Source of the DNA: Candidatus Latescibacterota bacterium
Lineage (GTDB): Bacteria; Latescibacterota; UBA2968
Assembly: GCA_965204375.1 (NCBI GenBank)
Contig: OZ241986.1
Span: forward strand, 2,592,001-2,656,000
Direction of reading: 5' to 3'
DNA length: 64,000 nt
A program made the translations under genes and the position numbers. Below the pieces are notes generated by a model. It did no database searches, was not told where the DNA came from, and saw only the letters and a program-made list of their open reading frames with translations. This document shows positions 18,114 to 28,419 of the stretch, piece by piece; position 1 is the first letter of the stretch; every line of letters starts with the position of its first letter.

Positions 18114-18416
18114 CTATACTTTAGACAAACGATGTACAACTTCAAATCGCTCCGATTCAGTCGGCTGCGACCAGAGATCACTTGCGCCACTCATAACGGC
18201 TTCCCGCTCGGGGCTGGCACGCCAGCCCTCGTAGATTTCTTCATTCTCCCAAATAACGAGCGTCGTAATCTTCGTCTCGTCGGCAAGGGCGTGAAGCGTC
18301 TGACGGCTAACGAATCCGGGAGCCTGACTCTGGGCAATACCATTGCGATTCAAAAGATCGCGAGCCTCATCAACACAATCATCTTTAGCCCAGTGGTGCG
18401 TAAGAACGCCTATCAT
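18114..18416 (-). CDS. Antibiotic biosynthesis monooxygenase (ABM)-fold protein
   Basis: PGFVSRQ...W..E..Y..W..SPER; 100 aa; GGAGG RBS. Confidence 0.75.
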   Translation of the reverse strand: MIGVLTHHWAKDDCVDEARDLLNRNGIAQSQAPGFVSRQTLHALADETKITTLVIWENEEIYEGWRASPEREAVMSGASDLWSQPTESERFEVVHRLSKV

Positions 18417-18480
18417 TAAAAACCTCCATCTGTGTTCATCTGCGAAAAACGCTCAAATTATTCGCGTTTTTTTCTGCGGA

Positions 18481-19338
18481 TCACACTTCTACCTTCTCCC
18501 CCGACGCCTGCGACTTCTCGAGCGCCTCGAGCACAGCAACGGGCGTGAGAATTGAGCCATCTGTCTCATCTGTCTTACCCGTACTGAACATGTGGCAAAA
18601 ATCGAGAACACCCGTCAGATACGTATTCTCATCGTATCCGATCACGCGATCGGTGCGTCCCTTTTCCCCAATCACAGAAACGTGAAAACCCACGCGACCT
18701 TCGCCAACGAGATTCATCGTTGAAATCGCGCCACTCGCAGAATAAAGCGTCGCAGTGTGGTTTTGCCTCCCGCGATTGAGCTGTACATGCGCGATATCCT
18801 GATCGAGCAAGCGCACGACCATATCGACCTGATGAATCCCATAAAAAAAGACACCGCCATATTCAGAATCAATATCGCAAGGCCCCGTCGAAACAACTGA
18901 AATAATGCGCCCGAGTTCTCGAACATCTTCCTGCAACTGCGCGAAAGACGCCTGCTTGGGCAAAACCGAAAAAGAACACACAGGCACATTGAGTTCACGC
19001 GATCGAGCCAAAAACTCTTTGCCTTCATCGAGACGATAACAAAACGGCTTATCGACAAAAAGTGGAATTTTAGCTTCCAGCAATGGACGCACCGCAGGCA
19101 GGTGATATTTGGGATGGCGATGATCCACAATAGCCGCATCGACCTGTCCAATCAGATCCTCAGGCTCTTGCACAATATTGGGAATCAGCCCCCGCTCCTG
19201 TGCATCTTTCGCATCGCCCGGCGTCTCTCCCCAAACATGTGTAACACTAAAACCGGGCACCAGTCTATCAATATTAATAGTTTTTGCAATCGCCACAGTA
19301 TGGCTATTCTCCGCCCCAATAATACCAATAGTGGGCAT
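18481..19338 (-). CDS. Gfo/Idh/MocA family oxidoreductase
   Basis: IGIIGAENSH, FVDKPF and FYGIH; AAGGAG RBS before ATG 19338. Confidence 0.85.
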   Translation of the reverse strand: MPTIGIIGAENSHTVAIAKTINIDRLVPGFSVTHVWGETPGDAKDAQERGLIPNIVQEPEDLIGQVDAAIVDHRHPKYHLPAVRPLLEAKIPLFVDKPFCYRLDEGKEFLARSRELNVPVCSFSVLPKQASFAQLQEDVRELGRIISVVSTGPCDIDSEYGGVFFYGIHQVDMVVRLLDQDIAHVQLNRGRQNHTATLYSASGAISTMNLVGEGRVGFHVSVIGEKGRTDRVIGYDENTYLTGVLDFCHMFSTGKTDETDGSILTPVAVLEALEKSQASGEKVEV

Positions 19339-19410
19339 CGTATTACTCCTTTCAGTTGAATCACTTCCACCGTATCTCGAAAACGGGCGACCCAATAGGA
19401 TCGCAACGAC

Positions 19411-19434
19411 GGGCGAGGCATGCCTCGCCCCTAC
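19411..19434 (-). repeat. GTAG-type REP-like palindrome
   Basis: Minus strand GTAG followed by the perfect 20-bp palindrome GGGCGAGGCATGCCTCGCCC. Confidence 0.75.
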
Positions 19435-19498
19435 GCATCTGTCCGCGCTTCAGCAGGCGGGTCTGCATTTATCTGCGTCCATCTGCGTCATCTGCGGA

Positions 19499-20740
19499 TC
19501 AACTCCACAGCCTGTCATTCACCTGTTCTTCATTCCACGCATCTGTCGGTTCAAAATAGCCCGGCAAATTGGGATTGATATGTTCTTTTATCGCTTCTTC
19601 ATTCAAATCAACGCCGAGCCCGGGCGTGTCGGGCACCTGAATATAACCATTTTGAACAATGGGATTGGGCAAGCCCGTAACGAGCGTATTCCACGGCGGA
19701 TAATCAACAGCGTGGCATTCCAGAACCAGAAAATTATTTGTCGCAGCCGCGCAATGCACGCTCGCCATCGTAGCAACTGGCGTCGCCGCCATGTGCATAG
19801 CCATCGCAATGCCGTGTTCTTCCGCGTAATCGCCAATCCGCTTAGTTTCGAGAATCCCCCCCGACGTAGCGAGATCCGGGTGAATAATAGAAACGGCTTT
19901 ATTATCGATCAGCGGCTTGAAATGTTCCAAAAGATAAATATCTTCACCCGTGCAAACCGGGGTCGCCGTTGCGTTTTTAAGACGCACCCATTGATCCGTA
20001 AGTTGCCATGGAATCATATCTTCCAGCCAGGCGAGATTGAACCGCTCAAGTGCGCGCGCAAGGCGAATACACGACTCCACATTGATATGTCCAAAGTGAT
20101 CCGCAGACAGGGGAATCTCATATCCCACAATATCGCGCACGACTTCCACATATCGAACGAGAACATCGATACCCTTATCGGTGAACTGAATACCCGTAAA
20201 AGGATGCATAACCTGCGAGGTTTCCAGCATACCCGCGGGAGAGGACACCGTACCCGGAATATCTTTGAGCAAACGCACACCAATATCCATCTTCAAAAAA
20301 GTAAAACCCTGCTCCATGCACGCCTTCAAGCGATTGCCCATCTCTTCGGGATCCGGCGTTGTAGGCGTATCGCAATAGATACGAATCTGATCGCGGAATT
20401 TCCCGCCTGCGAGCTGGTAACAGGGCACGCCATACGCTTTGCCTGCCAGATCCATCAACGCCATCTCCACACCGCACACGCCGCCGGCCTGCCGCGCATG
20501 CCAGCCAAACTGTTTGATCTTGCGAAATAACTTATCCACATTACAGGGATTTTCACCCAAAAGCTGGCGCTTCAGTTGCAAAGCGTAAATATGACTGGCC
20601 CCATCGCGCACCTCTCCCAAACCATAAATACCCTGATTGGTATCCAGGCGAATGAGCGTAGAGCGCATAGGCACACCGGAAAGATTGACAACGCGCATAT
20701 CGGTAATTCTGAGATCTGACGGGGATGAGTGTGTATTCAT
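19499..20740 (-). CDS. Mandelate racemase/muconate lactonizing enzyme (enolase superfamily)
   Basis: EMALMDLAGKAYGVP, FLKMD, ADH, WLED, TGED and HPDLA. Confidence 0.9.
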   Translation of the reverse strand: MNTHSSPSDLRITDMRVVNLSGVPMRSTLIRLDTNQGIYGLGEVRDGASHIYALQLKRQLLGENPCNVDKLFRKIKQFGWHARQAGGVCGVEMALMDLAGKAYGVPCYQLAGGKFRDQIRIYCDTPTTPDPEEMGNRLKACMEQGFTFLKMDIGVRLLKDIPGTVSSPAGMLETSQVMHPFTGIQFTDKGIDVLVRYVEVVRDIVGYEIPLSADHFGHINVESCIRLARALERFNLAWLEDMIPWQLTDQWVRLKNATATPVCTGEDIYLLEHFKPLIDNKAVSIIHPDLATSGGILETKRIGDYAEEHGIAMAMHMAATPVATMASVHCAAATNNFLVLECHAVDYPPWNTLVTGLPNPIVQNGYIQVPDTPGLGVDLNEEAIKEHINPNLPGYFEPTDAWNEEQVNDRLWS

Positions 20741-20882
20741 ATAATTGCTCCTGATCGCGGATGAACTGCAGTCGCAGTTTTACACCGCTTAAACGGATTA
20801 AAAGATGGCGCAGATTATTGTCCAGCGAATTTGCTTGCTTCGTGCGTGGTACGCGCTACGTCTATTCTATTCGCGCTTTTTT

Positions 20883-22088
20883 TCACGGCCGCATGGGCGA
20901 CCCATCTGGTGCCCGCGTTTGCGTCCACTGAATAATCTCATCTTCGGGCGGATATTTTGCAGCGAGATCTTCGTCAATATCAATACCCAGACCGGGATTA
21001 TCATTGGGATACATATAGCCCTCGCGCACCTCGGGTAAACCGGGAAACATATCATAGACGAGATCGTTGAAACGGCACCACTCCTGAATACCGAAATTGG
21101 GCGCCCACAAGTCGAGGTGCAAATTGGCCGCATGACCAACAGGCGATGTATCGCCAGGACCGTGCCACGCAGTGCGCACATTGTACATATTGGCATAAGC
21201 AGCGACATTGCGCGCAGGAGTAATACCACCCATCTGGCTAACGTGCATGCGAATAAAATCAATGAGCCGATCCTGGATGAGGGGCATCCACTCGTGCGGA
21301 TGATTAAAAAGTTCGCCCATAGCCAGAGGCGTGGCGCACTGCGCGCGCATGTGGTGAAAATACGCATTGTCTTCCGGCGCGAGTGCATCTTCCAAAAAGA
21401 AAAGTTTAGAAGGCTCCACGTCTTTGGCGAACTGGATCGCGTCAATCGGGCGCAAACGCTCGTGGATATCGTGCAAAAGCTCGATTTCAGGCCCGACCTC
21501 CGCACGCACATGTTCAATCATATCGCACATGCGACGGCAATATTCTCGCGGATGATAATAAGCACCATCGGGCGCACCATCGGGTTTTTGAATACTCTCT
21601 GACTGCCCCCCATATCCCCCCATCTGCACGCGGATATGGCGATAACCCTGTGCCATATAATGACGCACGCTATCCACCACTTCGTATTTATCGCGCCCAT
21701 TGGCGTGTGCATACGTATCTGCCGCCTCTCGACACTTCCCACCCAGAAGTTGATACACGGGCATACCCGCGCGTTTGCCCTTAATATCCCACAACGCCTG
21801 ATCCACCCCCGATATGGCATTATTGAGCACGGGACCGTTGCGCCAGTACCCATTGACCATGCTCATCTGCCAAATCTCCTCAATGCGGTCCACATCGCGT
21901 CCTATGACAAAAGACTTGAGATGTTTTTCAATAGCCGTACGCACCGCGTGAAATCGCTGCGTAAATGTCGCACAACCCAAACCGTAAAGACCGGGTTCCG
22001 ACGTAATGATTTTGACAATCACGAGCCGTGAACCCGCAGGCTGTGTCACAATGGTTTTAACGTCTTTAATAGTTACAATTTCTGGCAT
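20883..22088 (-). CDS. RspA/ManD-like acid sugar dehydratase (enolase superfamily)
   Basis: YWRNGPVLNNAISGVDQALWDIKGK, LHDIHERL, FFLED and AWHGPGD. Confidence 0.88.
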   Translation of the reverse strand: MPEIVTIKDVKTIVTQPAGSRLVIVKIITSEPGLYGLGCATFTQRFHAVRTAIEKHLKSFVIGRDVDRIEEIWQMSMVNGYWRNGPVLNNAISGVDQALWDIKGKRAGMPVYQLLGGKCREAADTYAHANGRDKYEVVDSVRHYMAQGYRHIRVQMGGYGGQSESIQKPDGAPDGAYYHPREYCRRMCDMIEHVRAEVGPEIELLHDIHERLRPIDAIQFAKDVEPSKLFFLEDALAPEDNAYFHHMRAQCATPLAMGELFNHPHEWMPLIQDRLIDFIRMHVSQMGGITPARNVAAYANMYNVRTAWHGPGDTSPVGHAANLHLDLWAPNFGIQEWCRFNDLVYDMFPGLPEVREGYMYPNDNPGLGIDIDEDLAAKYPPEDEIIQWTQTRAPDGSPMRP

Positions 22089-22103
22089 ATCTACTCCAAT
22101 CTT

Positions 22104-23144
22104 TTACATTCCCTCAGGCAACGCGAGATCAAAGCGCCGCGCAGCTTCGCGGAGCTTCTCCACCGTCCCCATCGGAATGGGAATACCATCGACAGAGCGT
22201 TCGGCAAGGGTGCGATTTTCGGGTTCTCCGGGCATGAGAATATCGTCAAAGCCATCTGCTCTGGGCAGAGCTTTGAGTTCATCAATCAAATTATCAACGT
22301 GATCTTTGTAATCATCCAGCTCAACAAAAAAGGAAATATCAATCGCAGCGACAATGCCGTTTTGCTTTTTCAAACTCTCACCCCCACGCAATACGGGAAC
22401 GAGCAGAGGATTATCGACCATCAAACTGGACAAACACTGAAAAATCAGAGCCAGGCCCGATCCCTTGGGGCCACCCGCCGGGCGCAGAATAACGCCCTTA
22501 CGCGCATCCGTCGTCGGATTGCCCGCAGCATCGAGAGCCCAGTCTTCGCCCAGCGGCACACCCTTATCCTGCGCGAGTTGAAGTTTGCCACCCGCTGCCA
22601 CACTGGTCGCCATATCGAGACTGATGGGATCGCGTTTGTTTGCCGGAACCGCAACGGCTATCGGGCTATTGTGAACGCCCGCTGCCTTCGCGCCAAAGGG
22701 AGCCATATTGGGCGGGCTACAAACAATGGCAATACCCGCAAAACCCTCCTGTGCCGCCATCAAAGAATAATACGCCATCGCGCCCTGATGCGTGACATCG
22801 CTGAGCAACACCCATCCAATGCCCACATTTTTAGCCTTCTCAATGGCTTTTTTCATCGCTGGCACGGTCGCCACAGGCCCAAGAGCGCGGTCGCACGCGA
22901 TATGGGCAACCGCTGGCGACTCTTTCACGACGCGGATATTGGGGCGAGGATTCATCGCGCCTGTCTCAATATTGTTGAGATACGAAATAATGCGCAAAAC
23001 CCCGTGCGAGTCAACCCCACGCAGATTCGCCCAAATAAGCACTTCTGCTTCTACGGCGGCATCTTCGGGCGGCATACCCGCATTTTCAAAAACGGATTGG
23101 ATAAATGGTTCGAGGTGTTCTGCGCGAATGCGAATATCCGACAT
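22104..23144 (-). CDS. Ldh_2 family oxidoreductase (AllD/ComC/malate-lactate dehydrogenase-like)
   Basis: ANLRGVDSHG, SLDMATS, G.PTTD, GPKGSGL and ILMPGEPE. Confidence 0.88.
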   Translation of the reverse strand: MSDIRIRAEHLEPFIQSVFENAGMPPEDAAVEAEVLIWANLRGVDSHGVLRIISYLNNIETGAMNPRPNIRVVKESPAVAHIACDRALGPVATVPAMKKAIEKAKNVGIGWVLLSDVTHQGAMAYYSLMAAQEGFAGIAIVCSPPNMAPFGAKAAGVHNSPIAVAVPANKRDPISLDMATSVAAGGKLQLAQDKGVPLGEDWALDAAGNPTTDARKGVILRPAGGPKGSGLALIFQCLSSLMVDNPLLVPVLRGGESLKKQNGIVAAIDISFFVELDDYKDHVDNLIDELKALPRADGFDDILMPGEPENRTLAERSVDGIPIPMGTVEKLREAARRFDLALPEGM

Positions 23145-23164
23145 GGCAATCCTTTCCAAAAGGC

Positions 23165-23423
23165 AGTAAGAGGTAAAAGGTAAAAGGAAAGACGACCACC
23201 CTACCCCCTCTCACGTCTCACATCTCACGTCTTACTTTTGAGAAACCTTGACTTTGTAATTTTTTTCCGCTATGCTGTCTGACAAATTAGGTTCGCGTTT
23301 TTGAAGCGTCAAGATATTTTATCAAATGGCAATAAACCTCGCGCCGACATAGGGCGGGATTGGGCGACCTGACCGCTTGGGGCTGTTGGGTGGCCTTCTC
23401 ACTTCTTACTTCTCACTTCTCAC
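23165..23423. repeat. Short heptamer tandem repeats (GGTAAAA, TCTCACG, TTCTCAC) in a divergent intergenic region
   Basis: 23165-23187, 23209-23236 and 23396-23423. Confidence 0.6.
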
Positions 23424-23443
23424 CTTCCCTGGAGGGCCTACTT

Positions 23444-25003
23444 ATGAAACAGTGTTTTGAACATTATCGGACATTGCGAAAAGAGATGGATGCGTGGTTA
23501 GACCAGAGCCGCCGAATGGACCCGCCGAGCAGGCATGGCGGAGGTGAAGATGAAGCGAACTATTCGCTGGCCTGGTTCCCCCACTATCTCATCACGGGAA
23601 ATGACGGAGTGCGGGAGCACTTTGATCACCTGCGCGATATGCTGGCCGGATGGGTGGAACGAGACTGCCTGCACGGTTATGAACCCGAAGCCGAAGCCCA
23701 TCACGGAACCGAACCCTTTCTGCTCTTTTTGCCGCGTTACCTCGGATTATTTCCCGAAGACGAAAAAGCAAACGCCCTGTTACAAGACGCAGCCGAACAC
23801 ATCGGCAACTGGGTCGAAGGCATTCCCGAATGGTTTGACTGGGAGCGCAACCGGTTTTACGGATATTATATTGGCACGCGCACAGTTGGGCGAAACGATG
23901 GCTACGATGCCGAAATTGCCGAGCACTTCCGCTTTGTCCACATTGCCCTTGCCGCACACAGAATGACGGGACAAGACCAGTACCTGGACTGGGCTTTGCA
24001 ATACGGCAAGCGCCGGGCAGAAATGATTGTCGCCATACCAGATGGTCCCTTGCCCATTGCCTGGGATGCAAACGGCCAACCGAGATTTGGCAGGCAGGCG
24101 ACTGGACAACAAAAAAAGGCGGCACAAGCCGGGCATCACGTCCCTGGCGACCCACTCATCGGAGTCGAAGTACTTCTGGCTTCCGGCGCCATATACGCCC
24201 TGGGCGATTTGTTTGAAGCATCGGGCGACGCCGTATTTCACCAGGCGGCGCGGCGAATTGCAGAACCGATGGTCAGCGAATTGTTGGACCCGTATTCGGA
24301 CCCCGGTGCAGCGGCGATCTCCTATTTTCGGCGGCAGTTCTCCGATCCCTCTCTGGACGAGGCAATTCGGGCGCAAATCGCGCGTTTTCCCGACATGCAA
24401 GAAGGCGAATTAGCCATGGTCTTTCCGCAAGCGCGCCGCCGCGATTGGCCCGGCGTGGGCAAGCGCAACGACATGACCTATTGGGGAATATGGAATGGTG
24501 ACGGCTCCGTAACACCCACAACAGAACCGACCACTGCGGCACTAACGCTGGCCTATCAAGTGACAGGTGATGAAAGCTATGCCGAACGCGCATTAAAACA
24601 AGCGGCAGATAAGCTGACGATGGCGCGTCGAGTGCTGCGCGGTGGCAGAGAACACGCCGATATGGGTGGCGCAGTCTGTTCGACAGCGGCCGGACACGGG
24701 CGCAACTGGGGCATTGGTCCCGTAACCGGATGTTACGGCCCATTGCTTTTGGGCACGCGAGAAGTAAAAAGCAAAGTGACGCCAACAGTCGAAGTAAAAC
24801 ACGCCAATGGCGAGCGCGGCATTCCCAACCAAATCCTTCCACTCGTAATCCATTCCGGAACAGAGGTGGATGGCGTGATGTTTTACAATGGCGGCGACTC
24901 AGACATCTCATTTTCCTGGCGATTTGAGGACAACGGATGGCAGGTTCTCACCGTAGGGTCCCGCGAAGTTGTCGATGTGGAATTGACAGGAGTAATGGCA
25001 TGA
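23444..25003 (+). CDS. Uncharacterised helical protein, possibly an (alpha/alpha)-barrel glycosidase/lyase
   Basis: Long ORF with GGAGGG RBS, ATGA-coupled to the next gene; motifs EDEANY, EAHHGTEPF and helix-rich A...TG...Y...A segments. Confidence 0.65.
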   Translation: MKQCFEHYRTLRKEMDAWLDQSRRMDPPSRHGGGEDEANYSLAWFPHYLITGNDGVREHFDHLRDMLAGWVERDCLHGYEPEAEAHHGTEPFLLFLPRYLGLFPEDEKANALLQDAAEHIGNWVEGIPEWFDWERNRFYGYYIGTRTVGRNDGYDAEIAEHFRFVHIALAAHRMTGQDQYLDWALQYGKRRAEMIVAIPDGPLPIAWDANGQPRFGRQATGQQKKAAQAGHHVPGDPLIGVEVLLASGAIYALGDLFEASGDAVFHQAARRIAEPMVSELLDPYSDPGAAAISYFRRQFSDPSLDEAIRAQIARFPDMQEGELAMVFPQARRRDWPGVGKRNDMTYWGIWNGDGSVTPTTEPTTAALTLAYQVTGDESYAERALKQAADKLTMARRVLRGGREHADMGGAVCSTAAGHGRNWGIGPVTGCYGPLLLGTREVKSKVTPTVEVKHANGERGIPNQILPLVIHSGTEVDGVMFYNGGDSDISFSWRFEDNGWQVLTVGSREVVDVELTGVMA

Positions 25004-25977
25004 AATACCGCACATTGGGAGCGACCGGCCTCGAAGTATCGGAAATTGGATTGGGCGCCTTTCCCATCTCGGGCAAACAACAACGAGCAGATGGAAGTAT
25101 CGAAGTCTGGTCGGGCACAAGCGATGCGGAATCCATCGCGCTGATCCATCGCTGTGAAGAACTCGGTGTAAATTTAATCGATTCTGCGGAAGGCTATGGC
25201 GACGGTCACAGTGAAGAACTCGTCGGACAAGCACTACAGGGACGGCGAGATAAATGGATCATCGCAACCAAAGTGCAGCCAAACCGGGACATTGATCAAA
25301 ACGATGAGCAATCAGTACACAACCGGATTGTCGAAGCATGTGAAAACAGCTTAAAACGCATGCAAACGGATTTTATCGACATTTATCAACTCCACGCAAT
25401 ACCGCACGAATGGGCCATGCCCGCCGTAATGAAAGCCCTCGAAAAATTGCAACGGAAAGGCAAAATCAGATGGTACGGTATCTCGACCAACAACCGGGGA
25501 GCCATCGATAAACTGCGGGCATTGGGTCCCATCCACATTTTGCAGATCGGATACAATTTGTTAGAACGCGGTGCCGACGAATTATTGCACTGGTCAAAAG
25601 AAGAAAAAATAGGCACACTGATCCGCGTGCCCCTGGCAAAGGGCCAATTGACCGGAAAATACTTTGGGCAGAATGCCGAGCAAATGCCGCAAAACGATTT
25701 GCGATATGAGCGGTTTCAGCGCACCGAAGTGCAAGAGGGATTGAAAAAACTACCCGAACTCCTGTTTTTGCAAACAGAGCAACGAACTATGGCGCAGGCA
25801 GCTCTGCGATTTGTATTGGATCACCCCGGCGTATCCTGCGTCATTGCCGGCGCAAAAAATCGACAACAAGTCGAAGACAACACAGCAACTTCAGACATGC
25901 CACCGCTCACACACGAAGAACTATCTCGCGCCCTTCCCATCACAGATGTGATTGGCACAGCGGGATGGATTGGGTGA
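25000..25977 (+). CDS. Aldo/keto reductase
   Basis: MKYRTLGATGLEVSEIGLG, IDSAEGYG, ATK, SLKRMQTDFIDIYQLH and PLAKG.LTGK. Confidence 0.92.
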   Translation: MKYRTLGATGLEVSEIGLGAFPISGKQQRADGSIEVWSGTSDAESIALIHRCEELGVNLIDSAEGYGDGHSEELVGQALQGRRDKWIIATKVQPNRDIDQNDEQSVHNRIVEACENSLKRMQTDFIDIYQLHAIPHEWAMPAVMKALEKLQRKGKIRWYGISTNNRGAIDKLRALGPIHILQIGYNLLERGADELLHWSKEEKIGTLIRVPLAKGQLTGKYFGQNAEQMPQNDLRYERFQRTEVQEGLKKLPELLFLQTEQRTMAQAALRFVLDHPGVSCVIAGAKNRQQVEDNTATSDMPPLTHEELSRALPITDVIGTAGWIG

Positions 25978-25992
25978 ATCAGGAGGAACATC

Positions 25993-27132
25993 ATGAAAAT
26001 CACCGCACTAAAAACATTCATTGCGCCCACAACGGGAAATTTTTTCGTCAAAGTCGAAACAGACGAAGGCATTTATGGCCTGGGAGAAGCGGGCGTAATA
26101 CGTCGCGGAACCGCGATAGCCGAAGTGATCCGCTCGTTTTCCCCAGACGTCATCGGGCAAGACCCCTTTCGGATTGAGCACCTGTGGCAGGTCATGTTTC
26201 GCGGCGGATTTTTCCCCGGCGGCGTGGTACAGTCATCGGCAGTAAGCGCCGTTGACATCGCGCTCTGGGATATCAAAGGCAAAGCCCTGGGCGTACCCGT
26301 CTATGAACTATTGGGCGGAAGAACCCGCGACAAAGTGGCGTGTTATCCGCATGTTGGCGATAAGAACAATATCGACCGACTGGTCGCAAATTGTGTGCAA
26401 CGACAGGAGGAAGGCTGGAAATTTGCCCGATGGAGCATGAGCGACCCCACAGATCCCAATGTATTTGAACCTTCGCGCGCCGTGCGTTATGGCATTGAAC
26501 AGGTAAAAGCCGTGCGCGAAGCCTGTGGCGATGAATTCGAAATCTGCGTAGATGTTCACACGCGACTGGATCCCACCTGGGTCATTGCATATTGCAAAGG
26601 CGTAGAACCCTATCGCCCATTTTTTATTGAAGACCCATTGCGCAGTGAAAGCCCACAGAGTCTGCGCCTCGTGCGACAAAACACGCATCTGCCCTTAGCC
26701 ATTGGCGAACAATTCGATAGCAAATGGAAATTTCAGCAAGTAATCGAAGAAGATTTGATGGACTATTGCCGTGTTGACCTCTGCATTGCGGGCGGTTTTA
26801 CCGAAGCGAAAAAAATCGCGGGCTGGTGCGAGGCACATTATATTCACCTGGCCCCTCACAATCCGCTGGGACCCGTGTCAACAGCCGCTTGTTTGCACCT
26901 GTGTCTATCGTCTTCTCTCGTCGGCGTACAGGAATTGCCCAGACCCCCCATGACCACCTTGACAGATGTATTCCCCAAACAAATGCCCTACGCAAATGGC
27001 CATCTGCTCGTCCCCGAAGGACCGGGATTGGGCATTGAATTGAACGAAGACGCGATTGCAGACGCATCCCCTCCCGAACCATTTACAGGATGGGGTTACC
27101 GCCGCGAAGACGGATCGTACGCAAATTGGTAA
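25993..27132 (+). CDS. Galactonate dehydratase-like enolase-superfamily enzyme, copy 1
   Basis: DIALWDIKGKALGVP, VDVHTR, FIEDP, GEQ and APHNPLGP. Confidence 0.9.
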   Translation: MKITALKTFIAPTTGNFFVKVETDEGIYGLGEAGVIRRGTAIAEVIRSFSPDVIGQDPFRIEHLWQVMFRGGFFPGGVVQSSAVSAVDIALWDIKGKALGVPVYELLGGRTRDKVACYPHVGDKNNIDRLVANCVQRQEEGWKFARWSMSDPTDPNVFEPSRAVRYGIEQVKAVREACGDEFEICVDVHTRLDPTWVIAYCKGVEPYRPFFIEDPLRSESPQSLRLVRQNTHLPLAIGEQFDSKWKFQQVIEEDLMDYCRVDLCIAGGFTEAKKIAGWCEAHYIHLAPHNPLGPVSTAACLHLCLSSSLVGVQELPRPPMTTLTDVFPKQMPYANGHLLVPEGPGLGIELNEDAIADASPPEPFTGWGYRREDGSYANW

Positions 27133-27148
27133 AAAAGGAGTATTAAAG

Positions 27149-27187
27149 ATGCGGATACAACAGTACCCCGGTCTGCTCGCATTGATT
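27149..27187 (+). pseudogene. Duplicated 5' fragment of the outer-membrane channel gene at 28420
   Basis: GGAG-TATTAAAG-ATG MRIQQYPGLLALI parallels GGAG-CATTAAAG-ATG MRKQQHRGLLALI at 28420. Confidence 0.75.
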
Positions 27188-27263
27188 TATTTGCGCGCCC
27201 AACGCACAACTTTAATACAACTCAGAAGCATCTGTATGTATCCATCTTTTCAGGAGAATAATC

Positions 27264-28403
27264 ATGAAAATCACTGCATTAAAAACATTCGTCGTTCCCA
27301 CAACGGGAAACTTTTTCGTCAAAGTCGAAACAGACGAAGGTATTTACGGATTGGGAGAAGCGGGCTTAAAGCGTCGCGGAACCGCGATAGCCGAAGTGAT
27401 CCGCTCGTTTTCCCCAGACGTTATCGGGCAAGACCCCTTTCGGATTGAGCACCTGTGGCAGGTCATGTTTCGCGGCGGATTTTTCCCCGGCGGCGTGGTA
27501 CAGTCATCGGCAGTAAGCGCCGTTGACATCGCGCTCTGGGATATCAAAGGCAAAGCCCTGGGCGTACCCGTCTATGAACTATTGGGCGGAAGAACCCGCG
27601 ACAAAGTGGCGTGTTATCCGCATATTGGCGAACGAGACAATATCGACCGACTGGTCGCAAATTGTGCACAACGACAGGAGGAAGGCTGGAAATTTGCCCG
27701 ATGGGGCATGAGCGACCCCACAGATCCCAATGTATTTGAACCTTCGCGCGCCGTGCGTCACGGCATCGAACAGGTAAAAGCCGTACGCGAAGCCTGTGGC
27801 GATGAATTCGAAATCTGCGTGGATGTACACACGCGACTGGACCCCGCCTGGGTCATTGCATATTGCAAAGGCGTGGAACCCTATCGCCCATTTTTTATCG
27901 AAGACCCATTGCGAAGTGAAAGCACACAGAGCCTGCGCCTCGTGCGACAAAACACGCATCTGCCTTTGGCCATTGGCGAACAATTCGACAGCAAGTGGAA
28001 ATTTCAGCAAGTAATCGAAGAAGATTTAATGGACTATTGCCGCGTTGACCTCTGCATCGCGGGCGGTTTGACCGAAGCAAAAAAGATCGCGGGCTGGTGC
28101 GAGACACATTATATTCACCTGGCCCCCCACAATCCACTGGGACCCGTGTCAACAGCCGCGTGTTTGCACCTGTGTTTATCGTCTTCTCTCGTCGGCGTAC
28201 AGGAATTGCCCAGACCTCCCATGACCACCTTAACAGATGTATTCCCCAAACAAATGCCCTACGCAGACGGCCATCTGCTCGTCCCCGAAGGACCGGGATT
28301 GGGCATTGAATTTAACGAAGACGCGATTGCAGACGTATCCCCTCCCGAACCATCTACAGGATCGGGATTTCGCCGCGAAGATGGCTCGTACACAAATTGG
28401 TAA
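27264..28403 (+). CDS. Galactonate dehydratase-like enolase-superfamily enzyme, copy 2
   Basis: About 22 substitutions in 379 aa relative to copy 1. Confidence 0.9.
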   Translation: MKITALKTFVVPTTGNFFVKVETDEGIYGLGEAGLKRRGTAIAEVIRSFSPDVIGQDPFRIEHLWQVMFRGGFFPGGVVQSSAVSAVDIALWDIKGKALGVPVYELLGGRTRDKVACYPHIGERDNIDRLVANCAQRQEEGWKFARWGMSDPTDPNVFEPSRAVRHGIEQVKAVREACGDEFEICVDVHTRLDPAWVIAYCKGVEPYRPFFIEDPLRSESTQSLRLVRQNTHLPLAIGEQFDSKWKFQQVIEEDLMDYCRVDLCIAGGLTEAKKIAGWCETHYIHLAPHNPLGPVSTAACLHLCLSSSLVGVQELPRPPMTTLTDVFPKQMPYADGHLLVPEGPGLGIEFNEDAIADVSPPEPSTGSGFRREDGSYTNW

Positions 28404-28419
28404 AACAGGAGCATTAAAG

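Noticed and set aside
16975-20530. Long plus-strand ORFs (16975-18234, 19178-20530)
   Set aside because: Antisense shadows of well-supported minus-strand enzymes; no motifs.
22299-23183. 294-aa plus-strand ORF
   Set aside because: Antisense to the Ldh_2 gene; no recognisable protein features.
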